Position numbers and translations under genes: made by a program. Positions 1-9,161 of a stretch of 64,000 nt of DNA are shown here, in pieces. Each line of letters opens with the position of its first letter. The stretch's first letter is position 1. Source of the DNA: Candidatus Woesearchaeota archaeon. Lineage in GTDB: Archaea > Nanobdellota > Nanobdellia > Woesearchaeales > ARS49. The stretch spans positions 1 through 64,000 of the forward strand of contig JAWADY010000002.1 in assembly GCA_038891615.1 (NCBI GenBank), given 5' to 3'. The notes beneath the pieces are model-generated. The model made no database searches. It saw only the letters and a program-made list of their open reading frames with translations, and was not told the DNA's origin.

Positions 1-2
1 TA

Positions 3-437
3 TCAATCGTCGCGTTTGCCATTGCATACTCCTTTCTTGCAGGGCTTTGGAAAATACCCTTTCTTGGCATAGGCTTTATCAGGGAAAAAACCATTGACTT
101 CTTTGATATTTCTTTTATCATCTTTGCTTCAAGCCTTTCTGGAATTCTCTTCACACTAACAAAGCAGTCAACAAGCAAGCTTGGGGCGACCTGTGGCTCT
201 TTAATTGCTGGGCTCATCTCAGCTGCTTGTCCAGCATGTCAAGGGATAACTTTGATTGCTCTTGGAGGAACAGTCGCTGCTGTAAGGTTTGAGTGGTTGA
301 TTCCTTATCTTGGTCTCGTGAAGATTGTAAGCCTGCTTGTGCTTTTACTAGCCATTCTACTCGTTGCAAACACTAGTTATACAAAAACCTGCTTAAGCTG
401 CTCTGTTGGAAACCAAAAGACAAGAAAAAATATTTAA
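3..437 (+). CDS. 5'-partial membrane protein with CxxC motif (possible metal/redox membrane protein)
   Basis: The frame of ORF 252..437 stays open back to the window start (SIVAFAIAYSFL...LISAACPACQGITL...). It is hydrophobic, with CPAC and a C-terminal CLSC. Confidence 0.6.
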   Translation, partial: SIVAFAIAYSFLAGLWKIPFLGIGFIREKTIDFFDISFIIFASSLSGILFTLTKQSTSKLGATCGSLIAGLISAACPACQGITLIALGGTVAAVRFEWLIPYLGLVKIVSLLVLLLAILLVANTSYTKTCLSCSVGNQKTRKNI

Positions 438-446
438 AGAGAAGAA

Positions 447-1202
447 ATGGGCAGAACAAAGATGGAAGTAGGGGGAAAACAAAAAAAATCGATTGCAGCA
501 ACACTTTATGAAAATAAGGTTGCACTCGTAGCCCTTGTTGTGGTTGCAGTTTTTGGAGTAACAAACAATATCATTGTTGCAAAGGCACTTTCAAACGTCC
601 AAACTGCAGCCAGCGGTTCGTTCTTTGCGCCAACCACTGTTGGTGGAGAAGTTGTAAGCCTCAAACCTGGCTTTGAATACGGCCCAAAGCTTACTCTGAA
701 ACCAATGCCGCTTGCAACCGGTGAAAGCCCAAGAATTCCAGGGTATAGAACGATTGTGAAGAGCTTGCCAACAATAAGCGAGCTTCCAATCATTCCCTCC
801 ACTGGAGACGTTGTCAAAGACTTAGCAAATAACATCATACCTCGCGGCACGCCATGGTATGGGCCTGAAGCAGGAGTAAGCTTTGACGACCCTATAACAG
901 CACAAAAGCTATGGGCACGTGGGAGAGCCTTGCAGTTGACTACTGAGCAGGAAAAGCGCTGGCAAAGGATTGTAAACTCGTTCACTTGTGACTACTGCTG
1001 TGGAAGCCCACAACATCCAACAATAATTACGCGTTGTGGCTGTGCTCATTCCCTTGCAGCGCAAGGTATGGCAAAATGGTTCATAAAGAACTATGGCGAC
1101 AGGTTTTCAGATGAAGAGATATATGGCGAAATGGCCCGATGGTATGCACTCTGGTATCCAGGCCCAACTATTAAAAGAATAGTTCAAGAACTCAATGCTT
1201 AA
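447..1202 (+). CDS. Membrane-anchored Cys/His-rich hypothetical protein
   Basis: N-terminal TM segment; CDYCCG...RCGCAH motif; TTTAAA TATA-like box at about 433-438. Confidence 0.75.
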   Translation: MGRTKMEVGGKQKKSIAATLYENKVALVALVVVAVFGVTNNIIVAKALSNVQTAASGSFFAPTTVGGEVVSLKPGFEYGPKLTLKPMPLATGESPRIPGYRTIVKSLPTISELPIIPSTGDVVKDLANNIIPRGTPWYGPEAGVSFDDPITAQKLWARGRALQLTTEQEKRWQRIVNSFTCDYCCGSPQHPTIITRCGCAHSLAAQGMAKWFIKNYGDRFSDEEIYGEMARWYALWYPGPTIKRIVQELNA

Positions 1203-1226
1203 ATTTTAAAATTTTGGAGGAAAAAA

Positions 1227-1433
1227 ATGGAAAGGAAAGAAATTTTGATTGTGCTGCTCATTGGAGCGCTGCTTCTGACAACTGCTATACAGACGGTTGC
1301 ACTTGTTGGAATGAACAGCCGACCTGCAAGCATTGTTCAAGCAAACAGTGCTCCTGCACAAAGCAGCTCGGGCAGCCCTGTTGTTTCAACAGGAAGCCTG
1401 AATGACCTGCCAAGCATGGTCGGTGGGTGTTGA
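1227..1433 (+). CDS. Small membrane-anchored protein ending in LPSMVGGC
   Basis: GGAGG Shine-Dalgarno upstream; TM helix, low-complexity linker, C-terminal MVGGC. Confidence 0.7.
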   Translation: MERKEILIVLLIGALLLTTAIQTVALVGMNSRPASIVQANSAPAQSSSGSPVVSTGSLNDLPSMVGGC

Positions 1434-1451
1434 ATAAAGAATTGATGTAGA

Positions 1452-2582
1452 ATGGGCAACGCCACAGATAGGATAATCTACATATTTTTGATACTGGTTG
1501 TCCTTTTGTCTATTGCAAATATTGGGTTGGTGTTTAGCCAGCGTGCAAAGGTGCAAAAGGCATCACGGATTGCGCAACAGCCAGCAAAGCTTCAGCTAAT
1601 CTCCATAACAGCAGATTGTCCTGATTGCGCTGATGTTGGCATGATTGTACAACAAATTAAAAGGTCTAATGCAAACATAACTTCTGAAAAGAGCCTTTCA
1701 TTGGACTCGAAAGAGGCAAAGGAGCTTATTGAAAGATACAACATAACAAAGCTTCCAACTGTTATCGTTCAAGGAGAGATAAACAGGACTTTTTTACAAG
1801 GCTTTGGACTAAAAGAAGATGCACTTGTTTTTGAAGGCCAAGGTCCGCCATACTTTGATGTAAAAGCTGGAAAGGTTGTTGGAAGGGTTGTTCTGCTAAT
1901 GCTTGTCGACAACACTTGTAAGTTTTGTCAAGACCCTGCCGTTGCTGTTGAAAATCTTAACAAGTCAAAGGTTTCGTTGTCAGAAGTGAGAAAGCTTGAT
2001 TACAAATCTAGTGAGGCAAGCGACCTTATTAAGAAGCTAGGGATAAAAAAGGTCCCTGCTCTCCTTATCTCGCAAGACATTGATTTTTATCCAATTGCAC
2101 AAAACCTAAAACAGGCAGGACTCAAAGTTGTTGCTGGATTCTATGTGGTTGAAGGTCAGCCACCATATGTAGAAGTTGAGAGTGGAAAGCTTCGAGGGTT
2201 GGTGAAGCTTACTCTTCTAAATGACAGCAGTTGTAGCGAGTGTTACGATGTGGGGATTCATAGGCAAGTTCTTGAAAGGCTTGGCATCTATCTTTCTGAA
2301 GAAAAAACATTTGACATACTCTCAAAGGAAGGAAAAGAGCTTTTGAATGCCTATAACATAACTAAGGTTCCTACAATCCTACTCACAGGAGACCTTGCGG
2401 CATACGAGGGCTTTTCTAATCTTTGGTTGCAAGTGGGAAGCATAGAACCTGATGGGACTCATATTTTTAGGGAAATGTCTGCACTTTCTGGAATTTTCTA
2501 TAAAGATTTGTCTTCTGGAAAGATTGTGAAAGCCCTCCCAGCAGATGTTTCCCAAGAACAATCACAAGTGCGAATAGAGTAA
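1452..2582 (+). CDS. Membrane-anchored protein with three thioredoxin-like CxxC repeats
   Basis: CPDC, CKFC and CSEC, each followed by an I-T/K-K-L/V-P cis-Pro-like motif (YNITKLPT, LGIKKVPA, YNITKVPT). Confidence 0.75.
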   Translation: MGNATDRIIYIFLILVVLLSIANIGLVFSQRAKVQKASRIAQQPAKLQLISITADCPDCADVGMIVQQIKRSNANITSEKSLSLDSKEAKELIERYNITKLPTVIVQGEINRTFLQGFGLKEDALVFEGQGPPYFDVKAGKVVGRVVLLMLVDNTCKFCQDPAVAVENLNKSKVSLSEVRKLDYKSSEASDLIKKLGIKKVPALLISQDIDFYPIAQNLKQAGLKVVAGFYVVEGQPPYVEVESGKLRGLVKLTLLNDSSCSECYDVGIHRQVLERLGIYLSEEKTFDILSKEGKELLNAYNITKVPTILLTGDLAAYEGFSNLWLQVGSIEPDGTHIFREMSALSGIFYKDLSSGKIVKALPADVSQEQSQVRIE

Positions 2583-2583
2583 A

Positions 2584-3189
2584 ATGCAACAGAAAGCTGA
2601 GTTCAAATGCGAAAGCTGTAGAAAGAGTTTTGGAAGTTCAGAAGCCCTTGCAATGCACTCCAAAGCAAAGCACGGTGGCTCAACAACCATTCAATACAGT
2701 GCAAAGCCAAGAAAAGGTATTTGGAAAGTCATTGCTGTTGTTTTTATAATTCTAACAATTGGTTTTGTAATTTGGGCTATTTTTGGCAAAGGCGACAAAA
2801 GCATTGATGGCTCTGCCCAAAACACTGATTTTGTGCTTCCAAAAGGACCAATTCATTGGCACCCACATTTGACAATAAAGATTAATGGCAAAGAACAGAT
2901 AATTCCTGCAAATATTGGAATCACCCCCCGGCTGCACTATCCTGTCCACACCCACTCTGCGGATGGAATAATTCACTTGGAGATGGATAGACCAAGTTTA
3001 GAGCTGCTAAGACTCAGCTACTTCTTTAAGGTTTGGGGCAAACGCTTTGACAAAGAGTGCATTTTTGAATATTGCGCTGATAAAGGAAGTTTGAAAATGT
3101 TTGTGAATGGCAAAGAAAGCCAAGAGTTTGAAAAGCACATAATGCGTGATGGAGAAGAGATACTTATAGAGTACAACTCTTTTGAATGA
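2584..3189 (+). CDS. C2H2 zinc-finger/TM/His-rich putative metal-binding protein
   Basis: CESC...H...H finger, TM helix, then HWHPH...VHTH...IIHLE. Confidence 0.7.
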   Translation: MQQKAEFKCESCRKSFGSSEALAMHSKAKHGGSTTIQYSAKPRKGIWKVIAVVFIILTIGFVIWAIFGKGDKSIDGSAQNTDFVLPKGPIHWHPHLTIKINGKEQIIPANIGITPRLHYPVHTHSADGIIHLEMDRPSLELLRLSYFFKVWGKRFDKECIFEYCADKGSLKMFVNGKESQEFEKHIMRDGEEILIEYNSFE

Positions 3190-3211
3190 AGTAAAATAGG
3201 GTCTTTCTAGA

Positions 3212-3841
3212 ATGTCAATGGCAAGTCTTCTTAGAATGATAAAAAAGCTTAAGGCAAGTGGTTTAAAAGAAATAATTCGGCAGCGGATAAAAGAATTTGA
3301 GACTGTTAGAAACGCTGACTTTAAGAGGATTTTTAGCGAACTCTGTTTTTGTATTCTTACCGCGAACTGGAGTGCTGAGCGAGCAATTGATGTGCAAAAT
3401 GCCATGGGCGATGATTTTTTGAGGTTAGACTTTCAAAAACTAAGACAAAGGCTAAAGAGACAAGGTCATCGTTTTCCAAACACTAGGGCAAGGTATATTA
3501 TTGAGGCACGAAACATGCAAAAAGAACTTGAGCAAGCTCTAAAAAACTACAGTGGCAAGCAGCTACGCGATTGGATTGCTGAAACCATTCCTGGTTGTGG
3601 TTATAAAGAAGCAAGTCATTTTCTGAGAAACATTGGTTACAAAGATTTTGCAATCATAGATTTTCACATACTTGACATTCTTGCACGGCACGGCTTGATC
3701 ACAAAACCAAAAAAGATGAACAAAAGACTGTACTTGGAGTTTGAGGAGGTACTCAAGAGGATTAGTGAGAAGTGCGGCTTGAGTCTTGGTGAACTTGACC
3801 TTTATCTTTGGTTTGCAGAGACAAAAAAAGTTCTAAAGTAG
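3212..3841 (+). CDS. ogg: 8-oxoguanine DNA glycosylase/AP lyase (N-glycosylase/DNA lyase)
   Basis: FSELCFCILTAN, HRFPNTRA, GYKEASHFLRNIG, AIIDFHI, C-terminal KKVLK. Confidence 0.9.
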   Translation: MSMASLLRMIKKLKASGLKEIIRQRIKEFETVRNADFKRIFSELCFCILTANWSAERAIDVQNAMGDDFLRLDFQKLRQRLKRQGHRFPNTRARYIIEARNMQKELEQALKNYSGKQLRDWIAETIPGCGYKEASHFLRNIGYKDFAIIDFHILDILARHGLITKPKKMNKRLYLEFEEVLKRISEKCGLSLGELDLYLWFAETKKVLK

Positions 3842-3906
3842 TTTTATGGAAAGCTTTAAAAGTATCATAAGGTTGCAAAAAACGCGCAAAGGAGGAGGTG
3901 GTTTAA

Positions 3907-4470
3907 GTGGTGAAGATTGGTGAAAAGGTTCCTGATTTTGAGCTTGAGGTTTTTCACGAGAACAGTATCAAAAAGATAAGGCTGTCTGATTATGCTGGAA
4001 AATGGCTCATCCTTGTTTTTTATCCAGCTGACTTTACATTCATCTGCCCAACAGAGCTTGAAGAGCTCGCGGACAGCTACTCTCAGTTCAAGAGCCTAAA
4101 CGCAGAAATTGTTAGTGTTTCTACTGATACCGTGTTTGTGCACAAGGCATGGCATGACGCCTCAAAAGCCATAAAGAAAATAAAGTTTCCAATGGCTGCC
4201 GACCCAACGGGCAAACTTTGCAGGGAATTTGGGACATATATAGAGGAGCAGGGGCTTTCTCTTCGAGGCAGCTTTTTGATAGACCCAGATGGCATTCTTA
4301 GAGCGCTTGAGCTGCATGATAACAGCCTTGGCAGAAGTGCAAAAGAGCTTCTTAGAAAGCTTCAGGCAGCAATCTTTGTTAGGGAAAACAAAGGAATGGT
4401 TTGCCCTGCAAGCTGGGAACCTGGAAAGAGTGCTCTAAAACCAAGCCTGGAGCTCGTTGGGAAGATATGA
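3907..4470 (+). CDS. ahpC: 2-Cys peroxiredoxin (AhpC)
   Basis: FYPADFTFICPTE and VCPASW motifs; GGAGGTG SD before a GTG start. Confidence 0.93.
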   Translation: MVKIGEKVPDFELEVFHENSIKKIRLSDYAGKWLILVFYPADFTFICPTELEELADSYSQFKSLNAEIVSVSTDTVFVHKAWHDASKAIKKIKFPMAADPTGKLCREFGTYIEEQGLSLRGSFLIDPDGILRALELHDNSLGRSAKELLRKLQAAIFVRENKGMVCPASWEPGKSALKPSLELVGKI

Positions 4471-4474
4471 GGTA

Positions 4475-5221
4475 ATGAAAGGTATTAGAAGTTATCTTGT
4501 AAAGCTTTTGGAAAGAAAGGAGATTGCTGAAAAAACATATATCCTGACTTTTGAAAAGCCAGCGGGTTTTAGTTATCTTGCTGGCCAGTTTGTAATAATC
4601 TCTCTTATTGGAGAGCAAAAAGTTGATGAAAAAGGTGCTAGCAGAGCATTTTCACTCGCATCCGCACCTTATGAAGAAAAGCTGATGATTGCTGTGCGCG
4701 GCGGAGAGTCGGCATTCAAACAAGCATTACTAACTGCAAGTATTGGAGCTCAATTTGGTCTAGAGGGACCATTTGGGAGTCTTATTCTTGACAAGAGTAA
4801 ACGCCCTGTTGTCTTGATTGCAGGAGGAATCGGGATTGCTCCATTTAGATCAATAATCCTACAGGCTGTGCATGAGGGTTTGGAGCGGGAGATAACGCTG
4901 ATTTATTCAGAGAAACGTCCAGAAGATGCTGTTTTTCTAGAAGAGCTTTCTAAAATCAAAGTTCCGAAATTTAAACTCGTGGTTACAATGACAAGGGCAG
5001 GACAATCATCAAAAAAATGGCAAGGTCGTGTTGGAAGGATAAATGAGAAATTACTAAAAGAGTGCATTCCGGCTATCGAAGAAGCTCTTTACTATGTCGT
5101 TGGGCTGCCAGAAATGGTTCGAAGCGTGAAAGCCCTTCTTTTGGCTCTTGGAGTGAAGGCTGAAAACATAAAAGAGGAAATTTTTTCAGGATACCAAAAA
5201 AAGAGGGAGTCAAGCCTCTAA
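4475..5221 (+). CDS. FAD/NAD(P)-dependent oxidoreductase, ferredoxin-NADP reductase family
   Basis: AGQF, RAFSLAS, GPFG, LIAGGIGIAPF and YVVGLPEMV motifs. Confidence 0.85.
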   Translation: MKGIRSYLVKLLERKEIAEKTYILTFEKPAGFSYLAGQFVIISLIGEQKVDEKGASRAFSLASAPYEEKLMIAVRGGESAFKQALLTASIGAQFGLEGPFGSLILDKSKRPVVLIAGGIGIAPFRSIILQAVHEGLEREITLIYSEKRPEDAVFLEELSKIKVPKFKLVVTMTRAGQSSKKWQGRVGRINEKLLKECIPAIEEALYYVVGLPEMVRSVKALLLALGVKAENIKEEIFSGYQKKRESSL

Positions 5222-5284
5222 TAAGTTTTTTCTTGCGACAACAATGCTTTTTTGCCGAAAACAAAATTCAAGCGAATAGAAACC

Positions 5285-5292
5285 TTTATAAA
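5285..5292 (+). promoter_or_regulatory. TATA box of the uS13 operon
   Basis: TTTATAAA preceded by purine-rich BRE-like GAAACC; the predicted start at about 5315 coincides with a structured leader. Confidence 0.6.
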
Positions 5293-5314
5293 CGCGTACA
5301 TTGCTCTCATAAAT

Positions 5315-5396
5315 AGCCCGAGTTTGCAAAGTGCAGGCGTTTATAGGGCTAAGCTTGTGCTTAGTTCTGCTTCAGTTAAATCCAACAAACAGGGCA
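5315..5396 (+). promoter_or_regulatory. Candidate structured 5' leader of the uS13-uS4-uS11-rpoD operon
   Basis: Nested pairing of GCCCgaGTTTG (5316-5326) with CAAACAGGGC (5386-5395), plus inner hairpin AGGGCTAAGC-ttgt-GCTTAGTTCT. Confidence 0.4.
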
Positions 5397-5401
5397 TAAA
5401 A

Positions 5402-5875
5402 ATGGAAAACCAACTGAGACACATTGTTAGGATAGCAAACACCGACCTTCCAGGGAAGGTGCAGATAGCCTATGCCCTAAGAAACATTAAAGGGATTAGT
5501 TTTATGTTTGCAAATGCGGTATGCAAGCTTGCACAAATCGATGGAAGAAGAAAAGCGGGGAGCCTAAATGATGAGGAAATTTCACGCCTTGAAAATGTTA
5601 TAAAGAAACCCCTTGAGTTTGGTGTTCCGTCTTGGTTGCTTAACAGACGAAAGGATGTTGAAAGTGGTTTGGATAAACACCTTATTGGAACTGATGTTAG
5701 CTTTGTTATGGAAAACGACATAAAGCAAATGAAAAAGATAAAGTGTTACAAAGGAGTTAGACATTCGTTGGGCCTTCCTGTGCGCGGGCAGAGAACAAGG
5801 AGCAACTTCAGAAAAAACAAAGGCAAGGTTCTTGGGGTTAAGAGAAGGGCAGACATGAAGGCTGGAAGGACATAA
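5402..5875 (+). CDS. rps13: 30S ribosomal protein uS13
   Basis: RHIVRIANTDL, PSWLLNRRKD, YKGVRHSLGLPVRGQRTRS; start moved to ATG 5402. Confidence 0.96.
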   Translation: MENQLRHIVRIANTDLPGKVQIAYALRNIKGISFMFANAVCKLAQIDGRRKAGSLNDEEISRLENVIKKPLEFGVPSWLLNRRKDVESGLDKHLIGTDVSFVMENDIKQMKKIKCYKGVRHSLGLPVRGQRTRSNFRKNKGKVLGVKRRADMKAGRT

Positions 5876-5877
5876 AG

Positions 5878-6393
5878 ATGAGAAGACTTAGAAAAAAGTG
5901 GTCAAGGCCAGCGCAGCGCTGGAATCTGGAAAGAATAGAAGAGGAAAGGGTGCTGATGAAAGAATATGGCTTAAAGAACAAACGCGAGCTTTGGAAAACT
6001 ACTTCAATTCTTAAAAGCTTTGTCGATCAGGCAAAGAAGCTCATTGGTAAAAGGACTGCGCAAGGAGAGCGCGAACTTAAACAGCTTTTTGCGCACCTCC
6101 AACAAATGGGCTTAATTGGCCAAGATGCAACAATAGACTCAATCTTAAGCTTGACAAAGAAAGATCTCCTTGAGCGAAGGCTTCAGACAATCCTTGTAAA
6201 GAAAAAGTTAGCAAAGTCTATGAAGCAGGCGCGGCAGTTCATAACGCACAGACATATTGCAGTTGGGAAAAACATCGTAACATCCCCCTCTTACCTAGTT
6301 AGCAAAAATGAAGAAGATGCAATAAACTTTGTAAGCAGCTCACCATTATCAAAAGTAGATCACCCTGAGCGCGTTGTGGGTGAGAGGAGATGA
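5878..6393 (+). CDS. rps4: 30S ribosomal protein uS4
   Basis: [32 protein letters not shown]. Confidence 0.96.
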   Translation: MRRLRKKWSRPAQRWNLERIEEERVLMKEYGLKNKRELWKTTSILKSFVDQAKKLIGKRTAQGERELKQLFAHLQQMGLIGQDATIDSILSLTKKDLLERRLQTILVKKKLAKSMKQARQFITHRHIAVGKNIVTSPSYLVSKNEEDAINFVSSSPLSKVDHPERVVGERR

Positions 6394-6785
6394 AAGAAGG
6401 CATACGCTGGGGCATTGCTCATATTTACAGCTCTTACAATGATACGATAATTCACATTACTGACATAACAGGGGCAGAAACAATAGCAATAGCATCAGGC
6501 GGCATGATGGTAAAGGCTGACCGACTTGAAGGAAGCCCAACAGCTGCAATGCTTGCTGCAAAAAAAGCATCCGAGATAGCCCTTGACAAAGGGATTCAAG
6601 GTGTGCATGTGAGGATAAGAGCCCCTGGAGGACACAATGGACCTCATGTGCCTGGTCCAGGCGCTCAAGCAGCAGTACGTGCACTTTCAAGGAGCGGATT
6701 GAAGATAGGGATAATTGATGATGTGACTCCAATACCTCATGGTGGATGCAGAAAAAAAGGTGGCAAAAGGGGCAGGAGGGTTTAA
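6390..6785 (+). CDS. rps11: 30S ribosomal protein uS11
   Basis: [45 protein letters not shown]. Confidence 0.97.
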   Translation: MKEGIRWGIAHIYSSYNDTIIHITDITGAETIAIASGGMMVKADRLEGSPTAAMLAAKKASEIALDKGIQGVHVRIRAPGGHNGPHVPGPGAQAAVRALSRSGLKIGIIDDVTPIPHGGCRKKGGKRGRRV

Positions 6786-6786
6786 A

Positions 6787-7620
6787 ATGCCTACAATAGA
6801 ATTCATCAAAAAAGACCCAAAATCAGGACGAATAACTTTGTTGTTGAAGGACTGCGATGTCAGCATTGCAAACTTTCTAAGGCGTGCTGTCATGGACGAA
6901 GTTCCAACCATGGCAATCGACGAGGTTGAGTTTAGAAAGAATGACTCTGTGCTCTACGACGAAATAATAGCGCACAGATTAGGACTGCTGCCCCTTAAAA
7001 CAGACCTTAAGTCATACACAGTCCGTGCAAATTGCAAGTGTGGAGGGAAGGGTTGTGAAAGATGTACACTCATTTTAAGCTTGAAAGCCAAAGGTCCTAC
7101 AACTGTGTACGCAGAAGAGCTTAAATCAGAAGATCCAAAAGTAAAGCCAGTATTCCCGCGAACACCTTTGGTAAAACTTCACAAAGGGCAGGAGCTAGAG
7201 CTGGAGGCAACGGCAGTTCTAGGCACAGGGGCAGAACATGTAAAATGGTCTCCATGCCTTGCGTGGTATGAATACAAGCCAAAAGTGACCGTGAACAATA
7301 GCCATCCTAAGCTTGCTGAATTCAAAAATAAGTACCCCCCACAAATTTTCAAGGATAATAAGATAGACACAAAGCTAATCGAGGAGTTAAATCTTTACGA
7401 CGCAGTTGATGGTGTAAATGACGAAATAATCAAGGTTGAAAGGGATCAAAGAAACTTCATTTTTTACCTTGAGCCATGGGGCCAGCTTAGTCCAAAAGAA
7501 ATACTCATAAGTGCAATAGAGCGCTATGAACAAAAGATGGACGAATTTGAGGAAAAGCTATCTGCTGCAAAAGGAGTTGAAGCTCGTGCGGGGGTGGCAG
7601 AGCCTGGTCCAATGCGCTAG
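6787..7620 (+). CDS. rpoD: DNA-directed RNA polymerase subunit D (Rpo3)
   Basis: ANFLRR..MDEVPTMAID, NDSVLYDEIIAHRLGLLPL, HVKWSP; conserved operon position. Confidence 0.95.
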   Translation: MPTIEFIKKDPKSGRITLLLKDCDVSIANFLRRAVMDEVPTMAIDEVEFRKNDSVLYDEIIAHRLGLLPLKTDLKSYTVRANCKCGGKGCERCTLILSLKAKGPTTVYAEELKSEDPKVKPVFPRTPLVKLHKGQELELEATAVLGTGAEHVKWSPCLAWYEYKPKVTVNNSHPKLAEFKNKYPPQIFKDNKIDTKLIEELNLYDAVDGVNDEIIKVERDQRNFIFYLEPWGQLSPKEILISAIERYEQKMDEFEEKLSAAKGVEARAGVAEPGPMR

Positions 7621-7685
7621 GTTGAGGGCTATGTCAAAAGCCTAGTCCCTTAGTGGGCGCGAGGGTTCAAATCCCTTCCCCCGCA
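7588..7685 (+). tRNA. tRNA-Leu(GAG) with a 12-nt intron at 37/38 (7628-7639)
   Basis: Acceptor stem GCGGGGG/CCCCCGC+A; anticodon stem CTAGG/CCTAG with loop TT-GAG-G; long variable arm; T arm GAGGG-TTCAAAT-CCCTT. Intron GCTATGTCAAAA forms a canonical bulge-helix-bulge (TTGA/TCAA). Confidence 0.92.
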
Positions 7686-7693
7686 TTAACAAA

Positions 7694-8047
7694 ATGTCAA
7701 AAAGAACAGGACCTACAAACGAGGAGCTAAGGAAGCTTGTTAGCACTCTTAAGAAAGAGAAGTCACCGCTCTGGCTAAGGCTAGCCAATGAGCTTTCGAG
7801 GCCAACAAGGAAGCGCAGAGAAGTAAACATCTCAAGAATAAATAGGTTCTCAAGTCCGAATGATACCGTTGTTGTGCCTGGGAAAGTCCTCGGTGCAGGA
7901 GCATTGACCCATTCATTGACTGTTGCAGCATTTGCTTTTTCTGCAGGCGCACGCAAGCGGATAGAGGAAGTAAAAGGCAGGTGTATAAGCATACTTGAAC
8001 TTATAAAGGAGAATCCAAAAGGTGCTGGCATAAAACTGCTTTGTTAA
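7694..8047 (+). CDS. rpl18e: 50S ribosomal protein eL18
   Basis: RPTRKRREVNISRI, VVVPGKVLGAG, VAAFAFS. Confidence 0.95.
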   Translation: MSKRTGPTNEELRKLVSTLKKEKSPLWLRLANELSRPTRKRREVNISRINRFSSPNDTVVVPGKVLGAGALTHSLTVAAFAFSAGARKRIEEVKGRCISILELIKENPKGAGIKLLC

Positions 8048-8054
8048 GACAAAA

Positions 8055-8480
8055 ATGGAAATAAACATCGATGCTGCAAATGCGATTGCTGGAAGGGTTG
8101 CAAGCTATGCCGCGAAGCAGGCCCTCCTTGGCAACACGATTCGAATAGTTAATTGTGAAAAAGCAATACTGTCTGGAAGCAGGAGATGGCACATCAATCG
8201 CTACAATAGGCTCATTAACGTAGTTGGTCAGCCACAATATGGCCCTTTTATTTCAAGAATGCCTGACAGGCTACTCCGAAGGATTATCAGAGGAATGCTT
8301 CCAAGGAAGAAGGCCCGAGGAAGAGCTGCGCTTAAAAGAATACGCTGTTTTATAGGCGTTCCTGCTTCCTTTGAAGGAAAACAACTTACTCGTGTTCCAG
8401 GAGCAGAAGCGTCAAAATTAAAAACAACAAAAGTTATAACGCTCAAAGAACTCTGCAACGAATTGGGTGCTGGCTTATGA
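8055..8480 (+). CDS. rpl13: 50S ribosomal protein uL13
   Basis: IDAANAIAGRVAS..AK, VNCEKA, PDRLLRRIIRGMLP. Confidence 0.95.
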   Translation: MEINIDAANAIAGRVASYAAKQALLGNTIRIVNCEKAILSGSRRWHINRYNRLINVVGQPQYGPFISRMPDRLLRRIIRGMLPRKKARGRAALKRIRCFIGVPASFEGKQLTRVPGAEASKLKTTKVITLKELCNELGAGL

Positions 8481-8872
8481 AGGTCGTACATGTCTCTGGA
8501 AAAAGAAAACAAGCCATTGCAAGGGCAACACTCAGGCTAGGCAATGGAATTGTTAGAATAAACTCAAAACTTTTGCAATTTTGGGAACCATCTTTCTACA
8601 GGACAAAGATTGAGGAGCCACTCATCATTGCTGGGGAAGCAGCAAAACATTTTGATATAGACGTAAATGTAAAAGGTGGAGGAATTAACAGTCAAGCAGA
8701 GGCTGCACGACAAGCAGTGGCAAAAGCCCTTAGCGTTGTTGACAAAAGCCTCCAACAAGCCTTCCTTTCATACGACAGGGCACTGCTTGTTTCAGATATA
8801 AGGAAGAAAGAAGAAAGAAAGCCTAACAGGCATGGCAAGGCTCGTGCAAAAGTTCAGAAATCATATAGATAA
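8477..8872 (+). CDS. rps9: 30S ribosomal protein uS9
   Basis: SGKRKQAIARA, VKGGG..SQAEA, YDRALLVSD, ARAKVQKSYR. Confidence 0.96.
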   Translation: MKVVHVSGKRKQAIARATLRLGNGIVRINSKLLQFWEPSFYRTKIEEPLIIAGEAAKHFDIDVNVKGGGINSQAEAARQAVAKALSVVDKSLQQAFLSYDRALLVSDIRKKEERKPNRHGKARAKVQKSYR

Positions 8873-8886
8873 ACAGGTGATAAACA

Positions 8887-9084
8887 ATGATGATTCCAAT
8901 AAGATGTTTCAGTTGCGGAAAGCCAATAGCCCATCTGTGGGAAAGATATTTAGAAAAGGTAACCCTCGGCGAGGAAAAGAAAAAGGTTCTTGATGAGCTC
9001 GGCCTTGAGCGGTATTGTTGCAGACAGGCGCTGCTTGGCCATGTTGACCTCATAGACGCTGCGCAGCCGTTCAAAAAATCGTGA
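8887..9084 (+). CDS. rpoN: DNA-directed RNA polymerase subunit N (Rpo10)
   Basis: MIPIRCFSCGK...LGLERYCCR. Confidence 0.96.
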   Translation: MMIPIRCFSCGKPIAHLWERYLEKVTLGEEKKKVLDELGLERYCCRQALLGHVDLIDAAQPFKKS

Positions 9085-9161
9085 GCGTCAGCGAGTTTTG
9101 CTATCTGCTTTCTTTCCATTAGCAGAAAGTTTTTTAAAAAAAAGTTGTGCAACTTTTTGAA

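Noticed and set aside
5252-5401. N-terminal extension of uS13 (likewise TBP 14673, MCM 15367, RpoD 6739, Trm5 31921)
   Set aside because: The extensions use upstream alternative starts, overlap promoters or neighbouring genes, and lack homology.
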